A DNA stretch of 64,000 nucleotides from Lytechinus pictus (lineage: Eukaryota). The stretch spans positions 21,390,001 through 21,454,000 of the forward strand of contig NC_087246.1 of the NCBI RefSeq assembly GCF_037042905.1, read 5' to 3'. Below, one piece after another: positions 11,878-24,600 of the stretch (positions are counted from its first letter, which is position 1; each line of letters starts with the position of its first letter). The position numbers and the translations under genes are program-made. A model generated the notes under the pieces. That model saw only the letters and a list, made by a program, of their open reading frames with translations, was not told where the DNA came from and did no database searches.

Positions 11878-13898
11878 AAATACTGAAAAGGAGGATATGT
11901 TTTCAATACTTGTAGGGTTTCACAAGCTAAATACTTGTTAAGATATGCATTTTAATAATCTGGAAGAGCCTTGCTTCCCTTGTTTAGGGTGCTTTTCGAA
12001 ACCGCATGGTCGTGCCTGGTATCCACTCATCTGGGACCTTTCGCAATCCTCACGGACGCTAATATTAGGGTCCCCTAACACAAAAGTTAACGCTTAATCA
12101 TACACTTGATTTTTAAGATTGAATGTGCATTATAGTCAATAGAATCAAACGTAGAAAACTGCTCTACAATCAATGCTAAACTTTGTGTTACAGGGGGGTT
12201 ACAGGCCCTACAGATCTGCTTTTCGTGTGCAAAATCCTTTTCTGCGACACTCGCACCATACATAGCATGTATATTACGACTGATGGTTTGAGATATTCGA
12301 AATGAAGACCTAAAATAGATTATGACATGGATAAGAAAGTGGTTTTTCAAACAAATCGAGTACATATTGAGTGAGGAAAAACTTACTGAATGAAGGCTTA
12401 GATATAGATCATTACAGTCCATCGAATCGATATTACATTTAATGTGGATTATTGGTGTATCACTGGCAATTGATTTCATGGGTCAGATCAACCTCTCCAG
12501 CCGAACATTTCGCGTGAGTTGATATGTGCACACCATTATGTAATACATTTGAACTCGTTTCTTTTTGTTTCTTTTGTTTCTTTTGTTTATTCCTTCTACA
12601 CAAACGATATGCCTCTCGCACACGATGTAATGGGCATTATGTTTTACTTCCCCCAGAAATGGGGATTAGATTCAAATTCCGGGGGGACCACTTCCATTAA
12701 TGAGTGGATACCAGGCACGACCATGGGGTTTCGAAAAATACCCTAAACAAGCTGGGAAGTAATTCTTTTCCAGATTATGAAAATGCATCTCTTAACAAGA
12801 ATTTGGCTTGTGAAACCCTACAAGTATTGGATATCCCTTTTTTGTCAGCATTTTAAACATCGTTTTGACACCCTTATAACGTTACATAGGCCTATACGTA
12901 ACGTACCTGCCCACTCTGTCCCCTTTTACGCGTGGTCGCTCCTGGGATCCACTAATCAATGGAAGTGGGCCCCCCGGGCGGCCTCTCGAGCTCTAGGAGG
13001 AGTCAAATGTGGCTTTGGAAAGTCGTCCTCAATGAGATATATCGCTGTTACCATAGTAGCAACCAAAATTTTGCACACGAAACGCATATTGAATGTTTCC
13101 GTCGCAGATGCGAAACGAAAAAAAAATCTCATGTCACACAATTTGCATTGCAGGACGACCATGATGACGGGCCCAAAAAGTCTCTTCCAAAATCAACTAA
13201 CGTCGTAAATAAGCGTGCGCGTCCTCAAACGAAAGGTCCGGACTCATCAATGGAAGTGGTCCCCCGGGAATTCGAATCTAATCCCCATTTCTGGGGAAAG
13301 TAAAACATAATGCCCATTACATTGTGTGCTAGAGGCATAACGTTTGTGTAGAAGTAAACAAAAGAAAAAATCCGTCTTCAGACGTATACATGCTGTGTAC
13401 ATAATCAACGCATGCGAAATGGTTTCGACTGGAGAGGTGATTTGACCCATGGAATCAATTGCCAGAGATCCACCAATAATCCACATTAAATGCAATGTCG
13501 ATTCGATGGACTGTAATGATCTATATCTAAGCCTTAATTCAGTAACTTTTTCCTCACTCAATATGTACTCGATTTGTTTGAAAAACCACTTTCTTATCCA
13601 TGTCATAATCTATTGTAGGTCCTGCATTTCGAATATCTCCAGCCATCAGTCGTAATGTAGGCCCTACATGCATGTATGGTGCGGGTGTCGCGGGAAAGAA
13701 TTTTGCACACGAAAAGCAGATCTGTAGGACCTGTAACCCCCCTGCAACACAAAGCTTAGCATTGATTGTAGAGCAGTTTTCTACGTTTGATTCTATTGAC
13801 TATAATGTACAATCAATCTTAAAAATCAAGTGTATGATTAAGCGTCAACTTTTGTGTTAGGGGACCCTAATATTAGAGTCCGTGATGATTGCGAAAGG
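11878..13898 (-). mobile_element. Inverted, truncated copy of the 1.2 kb element, interrupted by a second copy
   Basis: 13242-13898 and 11878-12031 are the reverse complement of about 4057-4870 and are contiguous once 12032-13241 and one ACTCATC are removed. Confidence 0.85.
12032..13241 (+). mobile_element. 1.2 kb composite element, copy 2
   Basis: Ends GGACCTTTCG / CGAAAGGTCC, flanked by the direct repeat ACTCATC (12025-12031 and 13242-13248). Confidence 0.85.
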
Positions 13899-14432
13899 GA
13901 TTGAATGACTTGAAACCCTGAGAATATGGTATGTCAAGCTCCATAATTATTGGGGCAATTGAGGTCCAACAGACCTGTACGTATGGTGCGGTGACCGCGA
14001 CTGGGGGCTATACCACAGCTCCCTTAGAACAATGTCAACTTCGTTACTAACCAGTTGTACAATCATGCAAGTCGACATTATCCTCAAACTAGATACACAA
14101 TGACTTAAAGTGATAAGAATTTTTACTTCAATGAAAGGCCAATTGATGAATGGATCGCTGAGGCCGAGTTCTCCTTGAGCATTTCACTTCCTCCGTCGGG
14201 ATAATTAATGCATGCGACCATCTCCATGATAACACCAATGTCCTTGTGTATGGAAAAAAAACAGCGACGCATGTATGAAGCATGAAAACGTTTCTGCACC
14301 TTATGGTTTGTGACTAGCGACGTCTGTCCCGACTCCTGACTATATTAAAACAGGCGAGATGGAGCTCCAAAGGGGTACGTAGCACTGGAGTAACACTGGG
14401 TGCCATGAGCCTAATTACATCAGGAGGGCTAA

Positions 14433-14725
14433 AGATATTCGTTCGACCCAACCCATTCGAATTTTTTCAATGAATAAGATTCGAAATCTAACACTGATTC
14501 TAGAAATGGTAACTACTGAACTTCCTTTGCCCAAATTGGGAAGATATATCAATGATTTGGAACTATTTTTTGACTGGCAGAAGAATTGGGGCTATTTTAC
14601 TGTTTCATTCGATGAATTTGATCCCATCATAGTTATCTTCATAAATGGCGATTTATTTTTAAATGAGCTGGCTACAATACCCTTCTCTGGTCAGATATGG
14701 AATGTCAGATATATATCCTATCCAA
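14433..14725 (+). repeat. Dispersed repeat with an inverted, diverged copy at about 58833-59147
   Basis: AGATATTCGTTCGACCCAACCCA...TCTGGTCAGATATGGAATGTCAGA matches the reverse complement of TCTGACATTCCATATCTGACCAGA...TTGGGTTGGCTCGAATGAATATCT. Confidence 0.75.
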
Positions 14726-14904
14726 AGGTAGTAAACATTTGACCCTCTAGTTTCACATTTATGAATTTTTCTGAAGTGCCATTTTAACACACAAGTCTAT
14801 GGGGAATGTTTTACGCGCGTGACACCACTGTCATCGCGTTGTCAAAACCCTCCTCCACCACAGCTAAGAAATGAAAACTCGTCCAAGTCAAATACAGCCC
14901 ACAT

Positions 14905-16101
14905 CAGTGGCGTAACTACGGGGGGGGGGGCATGGGGGGGCACGTGCCCCCCCCCCCCCAATCGGCTGGCAAAAAAAAAAAAAAAAAAACGGGGAAAAGG
15001 AGAAAGAGAGGGAAAAAGGACGAGAAACGTAGTGGGGAAAGAAGAAATTATTGAAAGAAATAATGTTATATTGTATTATGTTATATTACATAAGAAGCAT
15101 TTTTTTTATAACTTATGAAACATTATTTGCTGCATTGTCTCTTCATTGTTCATGGTGCTCGCATAGACTGTTTAACGAGATATATAATCATGTTGTACTA
15201 AAACCTCCCGTTTTCAAATCAATATACAACAAATATATTTCCTCGCAATTCGAGTTATTATTGTTTTATGTAGTGACATAATCTTCTTTTTCATGACTAC
15301 TTAAAGTGATTGCCCTATTTTAAGGTCTTAATAGAAAGCATTTCCTGTCCGTGCTTAAGTTCGCATTAGTGGATTGGTGGGATTTCTGCTCTTCATGAAC
15401 TCCTAAAATCGGTCCCTAGAATGTCAATTTTTCTGATCTGAATATACAAAATTTTCAGCTCGCGCTTCGTGCTCGCATCATTTGGTTAGTGAAATACGTA
15501 GGGTCTTAGCGAATTCCTACTAACAAGCCTTAGAATGCCCCTCTTCAGGTCTGAATTTCCTAAATTTTCAGCTCGCGCTTCGCGCTTGCAGCATTTGATT
15601 AGTGAGCCGCGTATGATAATCATGATTACAATGACTTCAAAAATTGCTTCATGTGTTTAGATGTAATTCTAACAAAATCAGCAAGCGCTTGGCACTAGCA
15701 TTAGATGACTATGGTGAGATATTTATACTCTTAATGGATTCTAAAATATAGTCCTTAAAATTTCCCTGTTTAGGGTCAATATATACAAAAATTTTTGCTC
15801 GCGCTTCGCGCTCGCATTGTTTGTTTAGCGAGACAGTTACGTATCATGATTACAAAAAATTGGCTTATAATGTCCCTTTTTAGCTCTGAATATCAAAAAT
15901 TTTCAGCTCGCGCTTCGCGCTCGCATTATTAATCAGTGAGATACATATCCGTTTAATGGCACTGCATGTCCTTAAAATATCTCTATTAGGTCAGTATACC
16001 TGACAACTGAGCGCGCTCCCTAAGTGTAAACTACCTAAGTGACTCGAAATTTTTGCTGGTGCCCCCCCCCCCCCAATGCCGTGACCCACGGTACGCCACT
16101 G
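14905..16101. mobile_element. hAT-type non-autonomous DNA transposon
   Basis: Perfect TIR CAGTGGCGTA / TACGCCACTG, perfect 8-bp TSD GCCCACAT (14897-14904 and 16102-16109), and internal GCTCGCGCTTCGCGCTCGC repeats. Confidence 0.92.
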
Positions 16102-16506
16102 GCCCACATGGATGGTCAGCATGACACAAGAAGATATACTTTAGCAGCTCAGCTCGTCTCACAAATCCGTCTCCCCACATCTAATTCCAGAAAGCTTGAC
16201 TTGGGCACCTATTTAGGGTACCGAGTATCGCGTCCTTTAAGGTTTTCTAGAAAGACACGTCACCCGAGGAGTCGTACCCATTACTCGGGCATGATACGAT
16301 CCTGGTATAGCCATATTACACCGCAGGAGATACATCTGTGTTACTATAATATCTTCTGCCAGGCAGAATGATCTCCCTGCATGCCAGTTGTGATAGCCTT
16401 TTCAAAGTGAGCTCGCACAGAATAAAATAAAAGACCTCCAAATGTCCTGTATCTTTATTTCAATGGGGGGAAGCTAGGGTAAACTAGGGTAATTTGAAAA
16501 CGAGGA

Positions 16507-16925
16507 CATGGACCCCATATTTTTAATATTTTAACGTCTTCAGAATATATTACTCTATAAATATAAGAGAGTATGATGAAAATGACATGGATTTTGAATG
16601 TTTGGGAGCAGTACTAAGGAACCATTCGTATTTTAGACATTTAGACGGTATTAGACTTTTGCTCGTTTTAGGCGCATTTTAGACTGTTTCAAGCCAACTC
16701 GCAACACTTTGGACACTGATAGTTTAAAAATGAGCCCATGGACCCCATATTTTCAACATTTTAACGTCCTCAGAATATATTCGTCTCCTGGATTCTTCTG
16801 CAAATCTGGAGAGTATGAGGAAAATATTAAACATGAATTTGAATGTTTGGGAGCAGAACTACGGAACCATTCGTATGTTAGACATTTTGGACGGTAACTT
16901 AAGACTTTTGCACGTTTTCGGTGCG
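16507..16925 (+). repeat. Two diverged ~230 bp direct repeats
   Basis: CATGGACCCCATATTTT...GAACCATTCGTAT..TAGACATTT recurs at 16507 and 16737. Confidence 0.8.
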
Positions 16926-17125
16926 TTAGCATACGATGAAACCATAGAAATCACAAAGATATGGTCTAAATCTGTAGGTTTTCGTCCTAATTTCAATCGC
17001 CAAGTATTTCTAATCAATTTTTATTTCCAGTGAGTGCAAATCACTAAAACATATCTGGAAAACAAGAAAAAAAAAATCGAACTTTTCTATAATGCAAACG
17101 CATTTAATCACAAATCATTGCACAT

Positions 17126-17157
17126 AAAATGGCGTCATAGAATCCTATCCGGTGAGT
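17126..17157 (+). promoter_or_regulatory. Putative non-coding first exon end of TRIM A (YY1-like motif plus splice donor)
   Basis: AAAATGGCGTCA followed by G|GTGAGT at 17152. A paralogous motif and donor lie upstream of B1 (28367-28401). Confidence 0.45.
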
Positions 17158-18099
17158 AGCCCAGATGAAGTCAATTTTCAATGTCCTCAATTTAGCTGTT
17201 CTAACGCATATTCTCAGCTAGTAAAGCTATTCAAATGGTGGCAAAGTTGCATTTGTTTCCATCGGCATTATTATGATTTATTAGTTTATTATTTCGATTA
17301 TAATTCATTAAACAGTTCAAAGTCACACTTTTATTTAATGTAAATAGTGAGTGATTACCTTGTGAGGTAACATGTAACCGGTACGAATTCAGGGATTTTG
17401 GTGTCGAGTACCGTCAACGGATTTCGGAACACTGGGGCAATAAATTCATCATACGATCGCTCATGTTTTTCTTTTTAAGTGGTAAAACATTACAAGCTGA
17501 CTGAGGTTAATCGATAGGGAACTGATTGTTGGGGGTGAAGCACCGATTGTCATCCTTTTCCTGGATGCGTGCAAAATCGTCTAAAATATTTCCTACGTTA
17601 TTCTGTGTCATTGTGTGTGTAAGTTATTTATTTGCTTCATATTAAACGATTTTCCATATTTTCTAAGATATCCAAATTCACGGATGTATCTCATTTCTTC
17701 TGTGCACAACTAGATTACACCTGCTAGATCATGATGCCTTTTATACAGGCGAATAATAGCCACGCAAACATGTAACTACACTGGGCTCTGTTATGTAATT
17801 TATGAAAGTCATGCCAACCTTTTAATCGGGAAAGGGGGTGTCACTTCTCTACGTACTACGCCACTGTTCATCACATGGCGTCGGTGATGTCTTTTGGAAA
17901 GTAAGATTTTTTTTCAGCGCCGTTGATTGGCAAACGCACTTAGAGCAGGCCTTCAGAAGTGCAAATTTGTTATGAATGTCTTCTTTGGGTAGTTGATTGA
18001 AAATTATGATATATGAAGTTTTTTGCATCATCTTCCACAGGTTGCGTATTATTCTAGGTTCGATGAAAAAGAGAGGGATATTGGATGTCAAAGAGTACC

Positions 18100-18190
18100 T
18101 TAGTTGGTAGAGTAGTGGTCTCGCAATCCGGGTTTAAAACCCAGTCGGTGTGCCGGATGTTCTTTGGTAAGGCATTTATCCGTATTACTA
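18100..18190 (+). mobile_element. Decayed tRNA-SINE upstream of the TRIM CDS, shared with B1 (~29475-29570) and B2 (~47530-47625)
   Basis: AGTTGGTAGAG (A box), GGGTTTAAAACCC (B-box remnant) and CTTTGGTAAGGCATTTATCC. Confidence 0.6.
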
Positions 18191-18404
18191 GCAGCATGCA
18201 CAATGGAAATGATATTGCCAAAGTTCTCACATGTATTCCATATTGATCCTTTAAGGTTACGATGTTTACGAAAGTAGCTCAATACACAAAACACGATATG
18301 GGATCATAATCATCTTATCATCATGATTTTCTAGAAGTAGCCCATTTTGGGGGAATTTGATGACCAGACGCCGATTTTCCCTTTTGTTTGTTATCTAGAT
18401 TCTG

Positions 18405-19916
18405 ATGCAAAAGATGGCTTCATCGAAACAACTATCAGATAGTCTAGAATGTCCCATTTGTCATGATCTACTCTGCAATCCTAAACTTCTGCCATGTTCA
18501 CATTCTTTTTGCGAAAGATGTTTGACCGAACTTCACTCTTTTCAGCAAGCTGATTCCGGGTTAACTTGTCAAGTGTGTCGCCAAATTGCAAATGTTCCGG
18601 GAAATGATGTGTGTAACTTTCCGACAAACCTAATAGTCAAGTCCCTCGTCGAAGATTTCAAAAGAAGATCAGATGCTAAGGTTGAACGTATCAAAGGGAG
18701 TGGAGCAACCGCCATTCAAGCTTGCACGGTTTGTGATAGTGAGGATCAAGATATTGCAACCTACTACTGCCAGAACTGTACGGAGTTCCTTTGCGAAGAC
18801 TGCTTGCAACACCACAATAGATACAAGCGGAATGCATGCCATGAGACTGTGAAAGCAAATGACATCGAGATGGGAGTTGTCAAAATGAAATTCACATGCC
18901 CTACACATCCACAGGAACTGCAGCAGTTTGTGTGTACCACATGTCTGGTTCGAATCTGCTGCAGATGCCGGGAGGTCGAACACAAAGAAGATAGACATGA
19001 AGTCATCGCGATTGCCATGTACGAAGAGAATCAACATGAGAAAATGGCAATTATGTTGGCGAAAATTGATGAAAGAGGTGTTGATATCAATAATTACTTG
19101 TCTGAATTGCAGGAGACGGGTCAAAATGTAAAAAGTATCATTTCTCAACGACGGCAAGAAGTTAAAATTGCTTACGACACTGCAGAAGAACAATTGCGAG
19201 GGAGAAGAGATGAATTGCTCATTGAATGCAGTAATGATGGTAACAAATTCTATCAGGAATTGCAAGAAAAAGAAGAATGCATTAATACATTTCTAGGAGC
19301 TGTATCTAATCGGGCCTCTCTTGTGAACGATGGCCTGGGAAAACTTTATCAACCAGATCTGTCACTCGCTGATCATGCAGCACGATGGGGTGATCTTGAA
19401 AGTTTTCTCATGAATGAAGACATCTCCTCACTTCTCGCTCAGTTATTAAACATACGACAGCGTGCAGAATCTTTGACCTCCCGTATGGCTGCTTCTACCA
19501 TTGATCTTAGCATTGGAACTGTTCTCGTCAAGGACCATCGTCTGGATGGAGAACCAAAGAGTAGTGATGGTATAGCGATAGCTCCGAGGAAAGGGGATAC
19601 TATTTTCAAGAAGGAACCCTCCGATGACCTTGTTTCACATCCCGCTACGTCGACAAACGTAACCTCCCAAGCAAAGCCCACTTCCGACAGTCAAGCTCCT
19701 TATGAAAGTCCCTATGATCGTCTTGATCTTGGAACTCTAGAAAGGAAAATAGATGATTTACAGGCCAGCATGGCTACCAGTACGACTCCGAAAAACGAAA
19801 GCCATTCTTTAAATGGAGAACTCAGACGGACCTCCGAGTGTCCGGATATTAACAGGGCTAGTGTTCGTTCTCGATTTTTAAATCTTAGATTTAGACTTAA
19901 AAACGGAACATTCTAG
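18405..19916 (+). CDS. TRIM/RBCC E3 ubiquitin ligase-like protein, type A (TRIM56/TRIM45-like N-terminus), single coding exon
   Basis: C3HC4 RING (CPIC...CSHSFCERC...CQVC), B-box1 (CTVC...CQNC..FLC..C..HH), B-box2 (CPTH...CTTC..IC..C...H), coiled coil and S/T/P-rich tail. Splice acceptor TTATCTAG ends at 18398. Confidence 0.93.
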   Translation: MQKMASSKQLSDSLECPICHDLLCNPKLLPCSHSFCERCLTELHSFQQADSGLTCQVCRQIANVPGNDVCNFPTNLIVKSLVEDFKRRSDAKVERIKGSGATAIQACTVCDSEDQDIATYYCQNCTEFLCEDCLQHHNRYKRNACHETVKANDIEMGVVKMKFTCPTHPQELQQFVCTTCLVRICCRCREVEHKEDRHEVIAIAMYEENQHEKMAIMLAKIDERGVDINNYLSELQETGQNVKSIISQRRQEVKIAYDTAEEQLRGRRDELLIECSNDGNKFYQELQEKEECINTFLGAVSNRASLVNDGLGKLYQPDLSLADHAARWGDLESFLMNEDISSLLAQLLNIRQRAESLTSRMAASTIDLSIGTVLVKDHRLDGEPKSSDGIAIAPRKGDTIFKKEPSDDLVSHPATSTNVTSQAKPTSDSQAPYESPYDRLDLGTLERKIDDLQASMATSTTPKNESHSLNGELRRTSECPDINRASVRSRFLNLRFRLKNGTF

Positions 19917-21396
19917 CATTTTTTGTTTTTATCTTGATCAGGATATAATCAAATAAATTTATTGGTGAGAGCACGAAGCGCGATCTGAAAATGTTTGATA
20001 TTCCAACCTGAAAAACTCGACAGTTTAAGCACTCATTTAGATCAAGACATGTATTTCAATAAAACGAGCATGAATACTGGGATGATTTTTTTAATAGATT
20101 TATTCCGAAACTGGGCATTCTTTTCACTTTTCGTAATCATGAAAAGAACGGGTGTCTCCTAAATAAATGATGCGAATTTAAATTTTGGGGATTTAGACCC
20201 AAAACGGGAAATTCTAATCAAACTTTGTTAATATTAGACATGATGTGTATTTAACTTAACAATTATTGTGAATGCAAAGCGATAAGAAATATTTAATATA
20301 GGCCTTCTGACCTGGAAAGGTGACGTTTCATGAACTGTTTTGGGGAATCCATGAAGAGGATACGCATCTCGCTAATCAAATAATGCTCGCGCGTAGCGCG
20401 AGCTGAAAATTGTTTATATTTAGCACTGTTTTAAATAACATAAACAAAAAGAAAAAGAAATGGACAAATCGAATCGCGAACATATTGAAATATTTGTATT
20501 TATTTACTTGAAAACAAGATAATTTAAGTGACTCAATTGTTTGAATATCCTCTTGAGCAGATAATTATCTCACTCAAGGCAATGAGAGCGCGAAACGTAA
20601 GCGAAATTTTTATTATAATGACCAGATTTTTATATTTTCCAATTATTCCCCTCACCTTGTTTCTTCCTCGTTTTATCTTTTTAATCTTTTTTACCCTCCC
20701 CATCCATCCTAGATCCGCCTCTGACCACAATTTATTGCATATAATGAAATATATATTGTATTTTTGTGTACTCTTTTCGATTTTAAAGCTGGGCAATTCC
20801 ATAAAACGATAAACCTTTTTGTACGTCCGACCCCCATTTTTCTCAAGTCTTACTTCCCTTCATAAACTGACCAAGTCATGGTCAATTAGAGAACAGTACA
20901 GACTGTCAAAAGAACAAACAATCAGAGACAAAATGAAACATACAGTAAGCCTTGCAATTAATTGTAAATTTTCAACAGACCGCTTGCCTGCTTCTTGTTT
21001 CAACATCTATAAATTAATCTACCAGAGTAAAGTTGCAACTGAAATTTTAATTTATTTATTGCAAATGTTTTTTGCAATCAATTGCAAACTGACATAATTA
21101 CGATGAATAATAGATACAGAAGAAAAGGGAAATGTCAGCAGTATAAGTCGTAGTAACTGTCGCAGTAGTTACTACTTAGTTATGTAATTGGAAATATTGT
21201 TGTAATCTTATAACGGTGTGTGTGTGCAGGTATTTATCCTAGAACACGAGTGGTATCCCAATTTTATTGAATATAGCATAGAAAGGATGACAATCTATAT
21301 AGCATATTTAAGACAAACATTTCATGGGTAAAAGGTGAAATTTTAAGATAAGTAATATAAATAGATAAATGTTCTGTGACTTCAAGTCACAGAACC

Positions 21397-21489
21397 TTTG
21401 TGGCGTTACCTGCATCAAATGGCAAAACTGTCAAGAAACTTGTTAGATCACTAGAGGAAGCGAAGAAACTCTCATCATCTACTAGATAA
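21397..21489 (+). pseudogene. Probable C-terminal remnant of LINE ORF1
   Basis: Open frame from the 5' junction, FVALPASNGKTVKKLVRSLEEAKKLSSSTR*, followed by an AT-rich spacer before ORF2. Assigned by position. Confidence 0.5.
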
Positions 21490-21651
21490 AAATAGAGATT
21501 TGATATGACAGATGAAATGCAATTAACTCTGGAAGTTGTTGACTTGAACAGAAAATTCCATAGACTTTGATATTTGTATTTGTTATATATATATATATTT
21601 TGTTATATATATATATTTTTTGTTTTGTATATTTTTCCTCAGAAATGCCAA

Positions 21652-24600
21652 ATGTCTTCTAACTGTAACTGTGTATTATGTAGCAGGCAATGTAACTTAA
21701 CTTGTAACGATTGTTTCTTATGTAGGCCTTTAAGAAATGAACAGGAATCTGAAACTAGTTTTGATGAAAATGATGGGTACTTTGAAAATTTGATAAATAA
21801 TAAATATTATACCCCTACGGAATTCGGAAATGTCTTGAAATTACATGGTGAAAAAAATCTGATTTTGGCAAATTTCAATTGCCGTAGTTTAAAGTGTAAT
21901 TTTGAGACATTCACTAATTGTCTTGATGAAATTGGTCAGAAATTGTCATTTATTGGTACTTGTGAAACATGGCTCAATAATGAGGAAGAACATGAATGTA
22001 TGATTCCAGGTTATACATTTGTAGGCAAACACAGAAATAATAAAAGAGGAGGAGGCGTAGGTATGTATATAAATGATAACATGAAATATATTAAACGCCC
22101 AGACTTGGTCACATTTACTGAAAATATAGAAAGCCTGTTCATTGAAATTCCAAATAAGATTAAGAATTATATTGTAGCTGTGATGTATCGTCCGCCAAAT
22201 CGAAAAATTGTAGATGCTTTAAACGATATTAGTGGAAGTATGAGTAAGATTGCAGGAGAAAATAAAGAATGCATAATAATGGGAGACTTTAATGTCGATT
22301 TTCTCAAAAGAAATGAAAACATTGACACAGCAGATTTTTTCAATAGCTTCGTTACTTTCTCATACTTACCTTTTATTCATAACCCAACAAGAATTACCAA
22401 CACTAGTGCGACGACTGTCGATAATATATTGTATAACTTTCCTGAAAAAGTTATTCAAAGTGGTATTGTAATTACGGACGTTAGTGATCATTTGACACCA
22501 TTTATTGTACTGGAAAATAATAACTTAAATAAGGAAAAAGATATTGAAATTGAAAAAATAGATTACAGTGATGAAAATATAAACCTATTTTGTAGTGAAC
22601 TAAGCAAAGTAAATTGGGATGTTTTGAACGCAATTGACAATGTAAACATAAGGTATGATTGTTTTCTGAAACTGTATAGAGATGTTTATAATAGATATTT
22701 TAGTGCAAAGATAAAGAAAAAGAAAGTAAACACAAAAAGAAAACCATGGATAACGAAAGATATCATAAACCTAAGTAAACGAAAACATGCTCTATACAAA
22801 AAATACCTGAAGGGTAAATCTGATACATGTGAAAACGCCTATAAAAGGTGCCGTAATGATCTCGGTAACTTGATAAGAGAAAAGAAACGCGAGTATTTTC
22901 ACACGAAATTTGCGAAACTACAAGGTAATATGAAAGGGACATGGAATGTTATAAACCAGACTTTAAATAGAAATATATCGAAAACAATTGTAAGAGGGTT
23001 AGAAATAAATGGTAGTACAATAACTGATCAACAGGAAATAGTCAATGAGTTCAATGACCATTTCACTTCAGTAGGTGTGAAGCTAAGAGAAAACATCAAC
23101 AGTAATAGCACAGAAAATTCATTTAGAGAGTGTATGACTGGTCATTTTGAAAAGTCGTTGTTTTTACATCCTGCTACGGAGAGGGATATTTTAAACGTTG
23201 TCCTGAAACTTGATGTAAGTAAAGGTCCAGGGTATGATTACATTCACCCCAAAGTCTTGAAGAAATCTATTCATATAGTCTTGACTTCTCTTTGTAATAT
23301 AATTAATTTGGCCATAGAACGTGGTATATTTCCTGATGCACTCAAAATCGCCCGAGTAACTCCGGTTTTTAAAAGTGGTAATACCTCTTCACTAAATAAT
23401 TATAGACCTATATCAGTATTATCAATTTTCAGTAAGATCTTTGAAAAAATTATATATAATAAGTTGATTGTTTTTATTGAAAATAATAACATTTTATTCG
23501 AAAAGCAATTTGGTTTTAGAAAAAACCATACTACTTGCCATGCACTTTTAAAATTTGTCGATAGCATATCTCAGGCTTTTGAGTGCAATGAATTTTTAAT
23601 CAGTATATTTTTAGATCTATCAAAAGCTTTTGATTGTATTGATTTTAATATTTTATTCCATAAATTGTATTTTTATGGAATTAGAGGGACTCCATTGTTA
23701 TTATTGAAAAGTTATTTATTAAATCGTAAGCAATATGTGAGCATTGGCAATAATACATCAGCATATAGCAATATACAAATGGGTGTACCTCAGGGATCTA
23801 ATCTTGGCCCATTATTATTTTTATTGTATATAAATGACTTGCCAAGTGTTAGCAGTATTTTATCATTTATTCTCTTTGCTGACGACACAACAATATTTTT
23901 ATCTGGTAATGATCCTTTTAATATGAATTTTATATTAAATACTGAAATAGCCAAAATTCAACGATGGTTTCTTGCCAATAAACTTTTTATTAATTTCGAA
24001 AAAACAAATTATGTTATTTTTAAAACACATAATAAACATATTGATAACAGTGCAATACGAATAACAATTGCCAATAAAGCAATAAAGCAGGTTAATCAAG
24101 TAAAATTCTTAGGAGTAATTCTTGATGAAAATATGACATGGAAATATCATATAGATTACATTTGTAAAAAGATTTCTAGAGTAATTGGAGTATTGAACAG
24201 AGTCAAAAAAGTTTTACCATTACGCATCCTTGTAAATATATATAATACCTTGATCTTGCCACATTTGAACTATTGTCTAATTATCTGGGGTGGCTGTGCA
24301 TCATATTTATTCCAAAGGATATATGTGATTCAAAAACGTGCAATAAGGGTAATAACAAATTCCTTTTTTAGAGCTCATACACAGATTTTATTTTTTAAGC
24401 TAAAACTTTTAAAGCTAAATGAACTTTATGAATCGCAAATTATTTTATTTATGTACAAATATTTCAATTTAAATTCTATTTTTCCATCTTGTTTTGATAC
24501 TTATTTTATATTTAATAGCAGTATAAATAATTATGTAACGAGAAATTCAAACAAATTATATATACCGTTCTTTCGTTATACGCTTTCTAAATCTACAATT

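Noticed and set aside
4095-13860. Recurrent similar short ORFs (MESIA..., MYGAG..., MEVGPPGG...) that look like a small gene family
   Set aside because: They fall inside copies of the 1.2 kb repeat, occur on both strands, have variable frames and stops, and show no protein motif.
15445-16020. Regularly spaced GCTCGCGCTTCGCGCTCGC repeats resembling a CRISPR array
   Set aside because: Spacers are about 100 bp and similar to each other, there are no cas genes, and the repeats lie inside a TIR/TSD-bounded transposon in eukaryotic DNA.
18669-19265. Antisense ORFs overlapping each TRIM gene
   Set aside because: They are shadows of the sense CDS, with lengths that vary between paralogs and no motifs.
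21574-21651. ORF-track N-terminal extension of LINE ORF2
   Set aside because: It starts at TTG in a (TA)/T-rich spacer. The first ATG is at 21652.
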